A DNA stretch of 48,109 bases from an uncultured Hyphomicrobiaceae bacterium. GTDB taxonomy: Bacteria; Pseudomonadota; Alphaproteobacteria; Rhizobiales; Rhodomicrobiaceae. Under the pieces are notes generated by a model, which saw nothing but the letters and a program-made list of their open reading frames with translations, was not told the origin of the DNA and searched no databases. Below are positions 21,872 to 31,352 of the stretch, piece by piece. Within the stretch, counting starts at the first letter, position 1. Each line of letters starts with the position of its first letter. Location: NCBI GenBank assembly GCA_964572465.1, contig CAZNGB010000001.1:1-48109 (forward strand). Direction: 5' to 3'. The position numbers and the translations under genes are program-made.

Positions 21872-22504
21872 TTACTGCACGGTCTTCCCGTCGTCTCCCG
21901 AGCCATTGCCCGACCCTTCGCCCGGCTCTGCTTCGACCTCGACTTCCACGCCCGGCTCGAACAGCTCTTCTTCGAGTTGCTCGCGCGAGACATGCTCGTA
22001 TTCGGTTTCCTCGCGAATTGCGGTGACGTCCTGCCCTTCCGCCTGCAACTCCGCCTCGTCCTGCGAGCGCGCGACGTTGAGCGTGATGTGAACCTCAACC
22101 TCGGCATGGAGCAGGATGCGCACCCGATGCAGACCGAGCGTCTTGATAGGCCGGTCGAGCAGCACCTGGCTGCGATTGATCGTGGTGCCGGCTTCCGAGA
22201 CAAGGTCAGAGATGTCGCGGGTGCTCACCGAGCCGTAGAGCTGGCCAGTGTCGCTGGACTGTCGGATCGCGACGAAGCTCTGACCGTCGAGTTTTTCGGC
22301 GACTGCCTCGGCTTCCTTACGCCGCTCCAGGTTCTGCGCCTCGATCTGCACGCGCTCGCGCTCGAAGCGGGCGATGTTTTCCTTGGTCGCGCGCAGCGCC
22401 TTGCCCTGGGGCAGCAAATAGTTGCGGGCGTGGCCGTCACGCACCGTGACCACGTCGCCCATCTGGCCGAGTTTGCCAACTCGTTCCAACAGAATAACCT
22501 GCAT
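21872..22504 (-). CDS. rplI: 50S ribosomal protein L9 with acidic C-terminal tail
   Basis: [33 protein letters not shown]. Confidence 0.97.
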   Translation of the reverse strand: MQVILLERVGKLGQMGDVVTVRDGHARNYLLPQGKALRATKENIARFERERVQIEAQNLERRKEAEAVAEKLDGQSFVAIRQSSDTGQLYGSVSTRDISDLVSEAGTTINRSQVLLDRPIKTLGLHRVRILLHAEVEVHITLNVARSQDEAELQAEGQDVTAIREETEYEHVSREQLEEELFEPGVEVEVEAEPGEGSGNGSGDDGKTVQ

Positions 22505-22570
22505 GCTCTCATTCTCCGTTCAATATGTGTGAAATGTCTCTCAGCGGCGCGCGCGGCCGCAAGCAACCGG

Positions 22571-23551
22571 CTAATCCGGGCGCGGGGCGCCGGGCGGTCC
22601 AGAGCCGCCTTGGTTGCGCAGAACCCGCTCGCGAAGCCGCAAAAGCGGTTCGGCCAGGCCGAGAATCGCCACCAGCAAGGCAAGCCAGCCGACCAGCACG
22701 ATCCCAACATAGAGCAGTATCAGTATCACCGGCTGAAAGGTGCTGCCCCGGGTGATCACATGGAGAACCGCAAGCCCCATGATCAGATACGCCAGCAGAA
22801 TACCGCCCGTGAAGGCGGAAGCCATCGCCTCTGTAAGCCCCGCGAACAGCGCCGTGCCTGCCAGCGCCAGCAGGAAAGCCAGGGACAGAAAGCGCGGATA
22901 CTCGATAGTCGAGACCTTCGGCCAGGGCCGGATGAGCTGACCCGAGATCGAGGCGATCTTACCACCAATCCATATGTTCAGCAGCATGATCAGAAGCCAC
23001 ACCGCCGCCACCGCGCCTGGGAGCACCCCGCCCAGAAAACTGACGCTTTGCGTGATCTGCTCCTCGGTGAGTTCCTGCTCGCCCTGTTGCAACGCGGGCA
23101 GCAGCGTCTCGTCGAAAAGTTGGCGCACGCCGGTCTGGTAATCGCCCACTCCGGCTGCGAGCGCCACCGCTGAGCCGCCACCGACCGCTCCGGCCATGAG
23201 CGCGGCCCAAGCGATAAGCCGCCCTGGGGGATACCACACCACTCCCTGAGGCTGCTGGGGATCAGGCCGGCTGAGCAGCGCCAGATAGACCAGAATCGCT
23301 GCTGGAGCCGCCAGCATCAGGCCATAGATCAGTGCAACATTGGCGCTGAAGAGCGCGGCTGCGGCAAGCGTTCCCACGCCCAATCCGATGATGCTCGCGC
23401 GCACTCCCCAGCCGAGGCCGGCGATCATCAGCGGCATTGGCGTGATGTAGACGAGGAAAACGGCCGCCAGGGCGCTCGACGCGGCGGAGACGAACAGCAA
23501 CGCTGAGACCAGGCCGGCCAGCGCGCCGATCACGGCAGGGTTATTCATCAC
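22571..23551 (-). CDS. DUF2232/YybS-like membrane protein
   Basis: Polytopic; PLMIAGLGWG and WYPPGRL; position between rpsR and rplI. Confidence 0.82.
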   Translation of the reverse strand: MMNNPAVIGALAGLVSALLFVSAASSALAAVFLVYITPMPLMIAGLGWGVRASIIGLGVGTLAAAALFSANVALIYGLMLAAPAAILVYLALLSRPDPQQPQGVVWYPPGRLIAWAALMAGAVGGGSAVALAAGVGDYQTGVRQLFDETLLPALQQGEQELTEEQITQSVSFLGGVLPGAVAAVWLLIMLLNIWIGGKIASISGQLIRPWPKVSTIEYPRFLSLAFLLALAGTALFAGLTEAMASAFTGGILLAYLIMGLAVLHVITRGSTFQPVILILLYVGIVLVGWLALLVAILGLAEPLLRLRERVLRNQGGSGPPGAPRPD

Positions 23552-23618
23552 AAGCTGTCCCGCTCTTTGCTAGCGGTTAGAGGCGCGTACGCCCCAACCC
23601 CCGCCGTGGGCCGACGGA

Positions 23619-23867
23619 TTATTTCACGATATAAGGCAGCAGACCCAGGAAGCGCGCCCGCTTTATGGCGCGCGCCAGTTCGCGTTGCTTTTTCGCCGAT
23701 ACAGCAGTGATGCGGCTTGGCACGATCTTGCCTCGCTCGGACACGAAACGCTGCAACAGCTTGACGTCCTTGTAGTCGATGCTAGGGGCGTTCTCGCCGG
23801 AAAACGGGCAGGTCTTGCGCCGCCGGTGGAAGGGGCGCCGGACTGGAAGCTGGGAAATGTCCGTCAT
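23619..23867 (-). CDS. rpsR: 30S ribosomal protein S18
   Basis: [30 protein letters not shown]; ATGA overlap with rpsF. Confidence 0.98.
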   Translation of the reverse strand: MTDISQLPVRRPFHRRRKTCPFSGENAPSIDYKDVKLLQRFVSERGKIVPSRITAVSAKKQRELARAIKRARFLGLLPYIVK

Positions 23868-24307
23868 TCCTGACCTCCACGCGGGCCGCGATCACCACGG
23901 TCCCCTCTGTCACCGCGGTCGCCTCGATCAAAGCGTTCACCTCGGTCGCCGCGTTCACCGCCACGCCGGGGGCCTCGCCGGTCATCGGAACGCTTCATCA
24001 TCGGCGAAGGCTTTTCATCTAATTCGTCAACGCGAAGCGTCAGAAAACGGATGATGTCACCGGACAAGCGCATCTGCCGCTCCATCTCCGCCACCGCTTC
24101 ATGCGGCGCGTTGATGTTCAGCATGTGATAATGCGCTTTGCGGTTCTTCTTGATCTTGTACGCCAGCGGCCTGAGGCCCCAATACTCGGTCTTGCCGAGT
24201 TCGCCGCCGTGGCTGGTGAGAACCTGAGAGAATTCTTCGAGCAAGCTTTGCGCCTGCTGCGCGGACACGTCCTGCCGCGCGAGAAAAACATGCTCATACT
24301 GTGGCAT
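23864..24307 (-). CDS. rpsF: 30S ribosomal protein S6 with (GDR)n tail
   Basis: [24 protein letters not shown]. Start moved to ATG 24307 after AAGGAAAGG. Confidence 0.97.
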   Translation of the reverse strand: MPQYEHVFLARQDVSAQQAQSLLEEFSQVLTSHGGELGKTEYWGLRPLAYKIKKNRKAHYHMLNINAPHEAVAEMERQMRLSGDIIRFLTLRVDELDEKPSPMMKRSDDRRGPRRGGERGDRGERFDRGDRGDRGDRGDRGPRGGQE

Positions 24308-24460
24308 GATCCATCGCCTTTCCTTCATTATGTCCCGGCGCAAAGCCTCTTTTGAGCCCCGTGCGGTTCAGCGGAAAGGCTCAAAGAAGGTCGACCAAAA
24401 GAGCGAAGACACCGGCGCGTGATTGTGCGTCCGTTCAGCCTCCAGCCAGGACGGGAGTGT
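24308..24460 (-). promoter_or_regulatory. Structured ~150-nt 5' leader of rpsF (candidate ribosomal-protein autoregulatory RNA)
   Basis: Candidate promoter TTGCGT (24490-85), 18-nt spacer, TATCAA (24466-61); two alternative 8-bp pairings, one of which covers the RBS. Confidence 0.55.
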
Positions 24461-24565
24461 TTGATATCGCCTGAGGCTGCGGATACGCAACAAAAATCTG
24501 CGATGACCACGTACCTGCCCCGGCAGTGCTCTTGTCATCGCGCTCCAGACATCGCGGCGTCGGTC

Positions 24566-24594
24566 TTGACAAGCCGGTTGCAAACAGTGTCTTT
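24566..24594 (+). promoter_or_regulatory. Candidate sigma70 promoter for fabD
   Basis: Perfect TTGACA at 24566-71; weak -10 (TGTCTT). Confidence 0.35.
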
Positions 24595-24699
24595 GAGCGC
24601 ACGCTCGCCAGAACAGAACAGCACGCGCCATGTGCGTGCGGCGGCGACGCACGACATAACAAGAGCCAGTATTCCCGACCCCAGCGCGAAATTAAACGG

Positions 24700-25650
24700 A
24701 TGATGCAGGCGGCTTTCACATTTCCCGGCCAGGGCAGTCAGCATGTCGGCATGGGCGTCGATCTGGCCGGGAATTTCGCGGCAGCGCGTGCGGTTTTCGA
24801 TGAAGTTGATCAGGTGCTCGGGCAGGACCTGTCCGCATTGATGCGCGATGGGCCTGAAGATCAGTTGACGCTGACGGAAAACGCGCAACCCGCGCTGATG
24901 GCGGTCTCGATGGCCGTGATGCGCGTGCTGGAGGACGAGCGCGGCGTGTCGCTTGGCGAGCAGGCGCGTTACGTGGCCGGGCATTCGCTGGGCGAATATT
25001 CCGCGCTGGCGGCCGCCGGTACGCTTTCCATCGCCGATGCGGCGCGGCTTCTGCGCATCCGCGGTCAGGCGATGCAGGCGGCCGTGCCGGTGGGCGAGGG
25101 CGCGATGGCCGCGCTGATGGGACTTGATCTCGATAAGGTGCATGAGGTCGCGCGCGACGCAGCCGAGGGAGATGTCTGCCAGGTCGCGAATGATAACGCG
25201 CCGGGCCAGGTCGTCATCAGCGGCGCCAAGGCGGCGGTCGACCGTGCTGTTGAACTTGCGCGCGAGCGCGGCGCACGGCGCAGCGTGCTGCTGCCGGTGA
25301 GCGCGCCATTTCATTGCGCCTTGATGCAGCCGGCGGCTGAGCGCATGTCCGAGGCGCTCGCCGATGTCACGTTCAAAGCACCGCGGGTACCCGTGGTCGT
25401 CAATGTGTGCGCGCGGCCCGTGAGTGATCCGGACGAACTGCGCCAGCGGCTGGTCGAGCAGGTCACGGGCGCGGTGCGCTGGCGCGAGACCATTGAATTC
25501 ATGGCGGGCGAGGGCGTAACCCACGTCTATGAGCTTGGCGCGGGGAAGGTGTTGAGCGGGCTGGCGCGGCGGATCTCGCGCGATCTTGATACCACCTCCA
25601 TCGCAACTGCTCAGGACGTCGCGGGCACGAAGTTTGGCGCGCAGGCTTGA
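24700..25650 (+). CDS. fabD: Malonyl-CoA:ACP transacylase
   Basis: FPGQGSQ, GHSLGEY, VSAPFH. Start is ATG 24700 or 24703. Confidence 0.97.
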   Translation: MMQAAFTFPGQGSQHVGMGVDLAGNFAAARAVFDEVDQVLGQDLSALMRDGPEDQLTLTENAQPALMAVSMAVMRVLEDERGVSLGEQARYVAGHSLGEYSALAAAGTLSIADAARLLRIRGQAMQAAVPVGEGAMAALMGLDLDKVHEVARDAAEGDVCQVANDNAPGQVVISGAKAAVDRAVELARERGARRSVLLPVSAPFHCALMQPAAERMSEALADVTFKAPRVPVVVNVCARPVSDPDELRQRLVEQVTGAVRWRETIEFMAGEGVTHVYELGAGKVLSGLARRISRDLDTTSIATAQDVAGTKFGAQA

Positions 25651-25695
25651 GCAACGAGCCGGGGCGGGTCATGCAAAAGGCTGGTGAGGCTGCAA

Positions 25696-26433
25696 ATGTT
25701 TGACTTGACGGGACGCTGTGCGCTGGTGACAGGGGCAACAGGCGGCATTGGCGCGGAACTGGCCACGGCGCTGCACCGCCAGGGCGCGCAGGTGGCGCTT
25801 TCCGGCACGCGCAAGGAGCGGCTGGAGGAGCTTGCCTCGCAACTTGGCGAACGCGTCGCGATCTTGCCGTGCAACCTCTCCGACCGCGAGGCAGTGAGCG
25901 CATTGGCAGGCCAGGCCGAAGCGGCGCTGGGCAGCCTCGACATCGTGGTGAACAATGCTGGCATCACGCGCGACAACCTGTTCATGCGCATGAAAGACGA
26001 CGAATGGGACCAGGTCATTGCGGTGAATCTCACCGCGACTTTCATGATCTGCCGGGGCGCGCTGCGCGGAATGATGAAGCGCCGTTTTGGTCGCATTATC
26101 AACATCGCCTCGATTTCCGGCGTGCTTGGCAATCCGGGGCAGGGCAACTACGCCGCGTCTAAAGCGGGAATGGTCGGCATGACGAAATCGCTGGCGCGCG
26201 AAGTGGCGCCGCGGGGGATCACCGCAAACTGCATTGCGCCGGGCTTTATCGAAACCGCGATGACCGGAGAACTGAACCAAAAGCAGGTCGAGACCATCGC
26301 CGCCGCGATTCCTTCCGGCACCTTCGGCAAGCCGGGTGACATCGCTGCCGCCGCGGTTTATCTGGCGAGCAACGAGGCCGGCTACGTGACCGGCGAGACG
26401 CTGCACGTCAACGGCGGCATGGCAATGGTCTGA
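25696..26433 (+). CDS. fabG: 3-oxoacyl-ACP reductase
   Basis: TGATGGIG, NNAGITRD, NYAASK; lies in the fab cluster. Confidence 0.97.
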   Translation: MFDLTGRCALVTGATGGIGAELATALHRQGAQVALSGTRKERLEELASQLGERVAILPCNLSDREAVSALAGQAEAALGSLDIVVNNAGITRDNLFMRMKDDEWDQVIAVNLTATFMICRGALRGMMKRRFGRIINIASISGVLGNPGQGNYAASKAGMVGMTKSLAREVAPRGITANCIAPGFIETAMTGELNQKQVETIAAAIPSGTFGKPGDIAAAAVYLASNEAGYVTGETLHVNGGMAMV

Positions 26434-26691
26434 CCCGATGACACCCACCGCTGATGCGTTCTGCAATGGCCGCTCAGGCGGCGCGCGTGGGCGTGCGCGC
26501 GGCGGGAATAGGACGTCTGGTCAGGGATTTGGAAACGTGTTAACAACCTCTGCTTTTGCGCGGGCGGCCCGCAGCCGTAACCCGGCCTGTGGCGGTGTCG
26601 TACGCACAAAGGGTTGCGCGCCAGCCCAGCCCAAGTCTAAATCCCTACTATGGCTTATGGTTGAGGACATTCTCATTACAGCGAGGCGAAA

Positions 26692-26931
26692 ATGAGCGAT
26701 ATCTCCGAACGCGTAACAAAAATCGTCGTTGAGCATCTTGGCGTGGAAGCCGAAAAGGTGCAGCCGAATGCAAGCTTTATCGACGATCTAGGGGCCGATA
26801 GCCTTGATACGGTCGAGCTTGTGATGGCGTTCGAAGAGGAGTTCAATTGCGAAATTCCTGACGACGCCGCCGAGACAATCCAGACGGTTGGCGACGCGGT
26901 TAAGTTCCTCGAAGAAAACGCTGGTTCATGA
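26692..26931 (+). CDS. acpP: Acyl carrier protein
   Basis: [19 protein letters not shown]. Confidence 0.98.
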   Translation: MSDISERVTKIVVEHLGVEAEKVQPNASFIDDLGADSLDTVELVMAFEEEFNCEIPDDAAETIQTVGDAVKFLEENAGS

Positions 26932-27045
26932 CCACAAGCTTCTGCTGGACCTGCGCGGTTCTTGGCGTTGCGAGTATGAGCCGCGCGCCGATGGATTTTG
27001 TCCCGGATAGCGGACATTCACCTTCATTCACGCAGTGAGTCGTTT

Positions 27046-28332
27046 ATGGCCCACACGCCTCCATCCGTTCCCTTCCGCCGTGTCGCAATAACTGGAATGG
27101 GCCTGGTCTCTCCGCTCGGCTGCGGGGTGGATGCTTCATGGCGCCGAATCGTCGCTGGAGAAAGCGGCGCTCGGCGGATTGACGAATTCCCGACAGACGA
27201 TCTGCCCTGCAAGGTCGCCTGCTTCATTCCCAAAGGCAGCGGCGCGGGCGAGTTCAACCCAGACGATTGGATGGAGCCAAAGGAGCGGCGCAAGGTCGAT
27301 GACTTCATCGTCTTTGCGATGGCGGCGACCGAACAGGCCCTGACGGACGCCGGGTGGAAGCCCGCGGCTTATCAGGATCAGGTGCGCACTGGCGTTTTAA
27401 TCGGCTCCGGGATCGGCGGTCTGCAAGGGATCGAACACGCCTCCTTGTTGATGGCGGAGAAGGGGCCACGGCGGATCAGCCCGTTTTTCATCCCCGGCCG
27501 GCTCATCAACCTGGCCGGCGGCTACGTATCGATCCGCTATGGCTTCAAGGGGCCGAACCACGCCGTCGTGACGGCCTGTTCGACCGGCACACACGCCATC
27601 GGCGATGCCTATCGTCTCGTCGCACTGGGCGATGCGGATGTGATGGTCGCGGGGGGAACCGAATCGCCACTGTGCCGGCTATCGGTGGCCGGTTTTTCAG
27701 CGGCGCGCGCCCTTTCGACCAATTTCAACGACACTCCGCAGCGGGCATCTCGACCCTTTGATCGCGACCGCGACGGCTTCGTGATGGGCGAGGGCGCGGG
27801 TATCGTGGTGCTTGAAGCCTATGAACATGCCAAGGCCCGCGGCGCACGCATCTACGGCGAGATCGTCGGCTACGGCCTGTCGGGCGACGCGTATCACATC
27901 ACCGCCCCGGCGGAGGACGGCGACGGCGCTTATCGCTGCATGGAGGCCGCGTTGCGCAACGCTGGCATGACGCCCGGCGAAATCGGCTATGTGAACGCCC
28001 ACGGCACTTCGACCCCGATGGGCGACGAGATCGAGGTCCGGGCGGTCGAGCGGCTGTTCGGCGAGGCCGCCAGCAGGCTGATCATGTCCTCGACCAAATC
28101 CGCCGTCGGTCACCTGCTCGGCGCGGCCGGGGCGGCAGAGGCAATTTTCGCCGCGCTGGTGCTGCGCGATGACGTCATTCCACCGACGCTTAACCTCGAT
28201 AATCCATCCGTGGAAACGCCTATCGATCTGACGCCGCACGAAGCGAAGAATGCGCGGGTCGAGGCGGTCCTGAGCAACTCGTTCGGGTTCGGAGGGACCA
28301 ACGCCTCGCTGGTCATCCGCCGCGCGGATTGA
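27046..28332 (+). CDS. fabF: Beta-ketoacyl-ACP synthase II
   Basis: VTACSTG, HGTST, GHLLGA, NSFGFGGTN. Start approximate. Confidence 0.97.
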   Translation: MAHTPPSVPFRRVAITGMGLVSPLGCGVDASWRRIVAGESGARRIDEFPTDDLPCKVACFIPKGSGAGEFNPDDWMEPKERRKVDDFIVFAMAATEQALTDAGWKPAAYQDQVRTGVLIGSGIGGLQGIEHASLLMAEKGPRRISPFFIPGRLINLAGGYVSIRYGFKGPNHAVVTACSTGTHAIGDAYRLVALGDADVMVAGGTESPLCRLSVAGFSAARALSTNFNDTPQRASRPFDRDRDGFVMGEGAGIVVLEAYEHAKARGARIYGEIVGYGLSGDAYHITAPAEDGDGAYRCMEAALRNAGMTPGEIGYVNAHGTSTPMGDEIEVRAVERLFGEAASRLIMSSTKSAVGHLLGAAGAAEAIFAALVLRDDVIPPTLNLDNPSVETPIDLTPHEAKNARVEAVLSNSFGFGGTNASLVIRRAD

Positions 28333-28441
28333 GCGACGCGCCCGGAGGCCGGTTGCCGCTGGCCGCGCGACGCCCTCTTGCCATAATTGAAAGCAAGTTT
28401 GGCGGCGATTTGCAGTTCATCCTGGCAACGCGGGGATATGT

Positions 28442-29746
28442 GTGACAATGCCGCCTGGCTCCAACGACTGGGACAAGGACGAACGTTTTGCCTCGGAAAG
28501 CTATGTCGGCGGGCGCAACGACTTCAGCGTCCTGCCACGCAGCCCGTCCGAAGCGCTGGAGCCCGATCAGCCGCCGGAAGCGCCGCTGGGCCGCAAGCCG
28601 AAACGCCCACGCCAGCGACCGCTGTTGGCGCTCATGAATGCCGCCTTCACCGCGCTGTTTGTTGGTATGCTCGGCTTCGCGGGTGCATTCTACTACGCAA
28701 AGATGCAATTCGACAGCGCTGGCCCGCTCAAGCATGACACGGTTATCACGATCCCGCGCGGAGAAGGCGTCAACGCCATCGCAAGCCGGTTGGAGCGCGA
28801 GGGCATCATTCATGACCGCCGCATTTTCATGGCCGCGGTCCTTTATTTCGGCGCACAGGCAAAGCTGAAGGCCGGCGACTACGCGATCGAGAACGGCGCG
28901 GCGATGCGCTCGGTGCTCGATACGCTGATCGAGGGCGACGCGATCCTTTACAGCGTCACGATCCCCGAAGGCTGGACCAGCCTCCAGACGGTCGAGCGGT
29001 TGCGCGCCACGGATGAACTGACTGGCGAAATTACCGAGATTCCGCCGGAAGGCTCACTGATGCCCGATACCTATCGCTTTGCGCGAAACACCTCGCGCAG
29101 CGACATCATCGCGCGGATGCGCACAGCGCAGGAAGAGTTCCTCAATAAGGTCTGGCCCACGCGAGATGCCGACCTGCCTATCGAGACAAAGGAAGAGGCG
29201 CTGATCCTGGCCTCGATCGTGGAGAAGGAGACCGGGCTGGCGGATGAGCGGTCGAAGGTGGCCGGGGTGTTCATCAACCGGCTGCGCAAGGGTATGCGGC
29301 TGCAATCGGACCCCACCATCATCTATGGCCTTGTCGGCGGACGCGCTTCGCTTGGCCGTCCGATCTATCGCAGCGAAATCGTCAAGGAAACGCCTTACAA
29401 CACTTATGTCATCAAGGGGCTGCCTCCCACGCCGATCGCCAATCCGGGGCGCGCCGCCATTGAGGCCGTGCTGCGCCCACAGGAAACCGACGCGATTTAT
29501 TTCGTCGCGGACGGCACAGGCGGACATGCCTTCGCCACCACGCTGGCGGAGCACAACCGCAATGTCGCGGAGTGGCGCAAGATCGAGCGGCGCATGCGTG
29601 AGGAGCAAGCCAGGGCCGAACAGCAGGGTGGTTCGTCCACGGAGCCACGCGCGGAGACTAGCGCGATGGCCGCTATCGCCGGTGAAACGGTTGTGCCTGC
29701 GTCCGCGCGTGCGCCGATACCGCTACCGGTACGTGCGCCGCGCTGA
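28442..29746 (+). CDS. mltG: Endolytic transglycosylase MltG
   Basis: Single TM, IPEG, LASIVEKET, NRLRKGMRLQSDPT, YNTY, GLPPTPI. Confidence 0.95.
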   Translation: MTMPPGSNDWDKDERFASESYVGGRNDFSVLPRSPSEALEPDQPPEAPLGRKPKRPRQRPLLALMNAAFTALFVGMLGFAGAFYYAKMQFDSAGPLKHDTVITIPRGEGVNAIASRLEREGIIHDRRIFMAAVLYFGAQAKLKAGDYAIENGAAMRSVLDTLIEGDAILYSVTIPEGWTSLQTVERLRATDELTGEITEIPPEGSLMPDTYRFARNTSRSDIIARMRTAQEEFLNKVWPTRDADLPIETKEEALILASIVEKETGLADERSKVAGVFINRLRKGMRLQSDPTIIYGLVGGRASLGRPIYRSEIVKETPYNTYVIKGLPPTPIANPGRAAIEAVLRPQETDAIYFVADGTGGHAFATTLAEHNRNVAEWRKIERRMREEQARAEQQGGSSTEPRAETSAMAAIAGETVVPASARAPIPLPVRAPR

Positions 29747-29808
29747 AGATCTGGCTCTTGCGATACTGGCGCGCTTCACGCTATTCAACCTGCAGACAAC
29801 GATAGCGC

Positions 29809-30489
29809 GTGAGCATGATGCCAACGTACGAGCACGGTGAACCCGGTCCCACGCCGCATCAGGCACCCGCGCGCAAAGGCTTGATGCTTGTGCTCTCTTC
29901 GCCTTCCGGCGCCGGCAAGACCTCGCTCGCGCGCAAGCTGCTGGAGGTCGAAACGGACATCGCGCCTTCCATCTCACTTACCACGCGACCGCGCCGGGCA
30001 ACAGAAAGTGATGGCGTGGACTACTGGTTCGTTACGCCCGAAGAGTTCACGGCCATGCGCGACCGCGGCGAACTTTTGGAGTGGGCGAATGTTTTCGGAA
30101 ATTTGTACGGCACGCCCAGACTACCGGTGACGCGCGCGCTTGAGCGTGGGACCGATGTGCTGTTCGATATCGATTGGCAGGGTGGGGCGCAACTGCGAAA
30201 GGCAGCGCCGGACGATGTGGTGTGTGTCTTCATTCTACCGCCCTCGGCGGAATCTCTTCGCCATCGCCTGTGCGGCCGGGCGACCGAAACTCGCGAAAAT
30301 ATCGAGAAGCGGCTGGCCGGCGCACCGCGCGAAATCGATGCATGGCAGGATTACCGCTACGTGATCGTCAACGACGACTTCGAAACAAGCCTCGCGGACC
30401 TACGTGCGATCCTGCGCGCAGAGCGGCTGCGCCGGGGCCGCCAGAGGGACTTGGGCGAACTGGTCGCGCAACTTCAGCGGGATCTCTGA
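29809..30489 (+). CDS. gmk: Guanylate kinase
   Basis: [35 protein letters not shown]. Start uncertain. Confidence 0.96.
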   Translation: MSMMPTYEHGEPGPTPHQAPARKGLMLVLSSPSGAGKTSLARKLLEVETDIAPSISLTTRPRRATESDGVDYWFVTPEEFTAMRDRGELLEWANVFGNLYGTPRLPVTRALERGTDVLFDIDWQGGAQLRKAAPDDVVCVFILPPSAESLRHRLCGRATETRENIEKRLAGAPREIDAWQDYRYVIVNDDFETSLADLRAILRAERLRRGRQRDLGELVAQLQRDL

Positions 30490-31352
30490 TCCTTCGCGCC
30501 CTTGCGCGCATCGTGAGCGGCGGCCAGGTGGCCAAAATCCGCGATGCTGAGCTGTTCCGCGCGCGCGCTTGGAGAGATGTTGGCGTCGCTCAGCAAGCCT
30601 TCCACATCGTCCGTAAGCCGGGCGAGACTTGTGCGGACCATCTTCCGGCGTTGCCCGAACGCAGCGGCTGTTACGGCTGCAAGGCTCGCCAGTTGGCAGG
30701 CCGGCTCTGGCGCGGACCGCGGGCGTAGCGTCACCACAGCGGAAGAAACTTTTGGCGGTGGTGTGAAGGCGGCCGGGGGCAAGCTCAACGCCAGCTGTGT
30801 CTCGCATCGCCATTGCGCCAGCACGGACAGCCGCCCGTAGACCTTGTTACCGGGCGGAGCCACCAGCCGCTCGGCCACCTCGCGCTGAAACATCAAGCAC
30901 AGCAATGCGTACCAGGGCGGCCATGGATCGGCGGACAGCCAGCCCACCAGAAGAGGCGTAGCCACGGCGTAGGGCAGATTGGCAACCACCTTGACAGCTC
31001 CGGGGGCGTTGCGGACAGCCGCAGCTTGATCAATGCTCAGCGCGTCGCCCTCAATCAGTTCTAGCCGGCCGGGATAATGCGCTGCAATGGCTTCCAAGGC
31101 AGGGAGGCAGCGGGCGTCGCGTTCAATTGCGATGACCTTCTCCGCACCTTCGAGCAGCAGGCCACGCGTGAGGCCGCCTGGACCTGGCCCGATTTCGAGT
31201 ACCGTGACGCCCGCCAGCGGCCCGGCGGCGCGCGCGATCCGCCGCGTCAGATTCAGATCGAGGATGAAATTCTGACCAAGGCTCTTGCGCGCGGTCAGAC
31301 CAATTTCGCCAATCACATCGCGCAGCGGCGGCAGCCCATCGGGCGTGCTCAC
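30474..31352 (-). CDS. rsmA: 16S rRNA adenine dimethyltransferase
   Basis: [33 protein letters not shown]. Confidence 0.97.
   Translation of the reverse strand: MSTPDGLPPLRDVIGEIGLTARKSLGQNFILDLNLTRRIARAAGPLAGVTVLEIGPGPGGLTRGLLLEGAEKVIAIERDARCLPALEAIAAHYPGRLELIEGDALSIDQAAAVRNAPGAVKVVANLPYAVATPLLVGWLSADPWPPWYALLCLMFQREVAERLVAPPGNKVYGRLSVLAQWRCETQLALSLPPAAFTPPPKVSSAVVTLRPRSAPEPACQLASLAAVTAAAFGQRRKMVRTSLARLTDDVEGLLSDANISPSARAEQLSIADFGHLAAAHDARKGAKDQRSR

Noticed and set aside
23718-23732. Sigma54-like TGGCACGATCTTGC
   Set aside because: GG-to-GC spacing is one base short and it is antisense within rpsR.
23884-23985. Period-9 repeat as a possible CRISPR or VNTR
   Set aside because: Degenerate coding repeat of the S6 tail; no spacers or cas genes.
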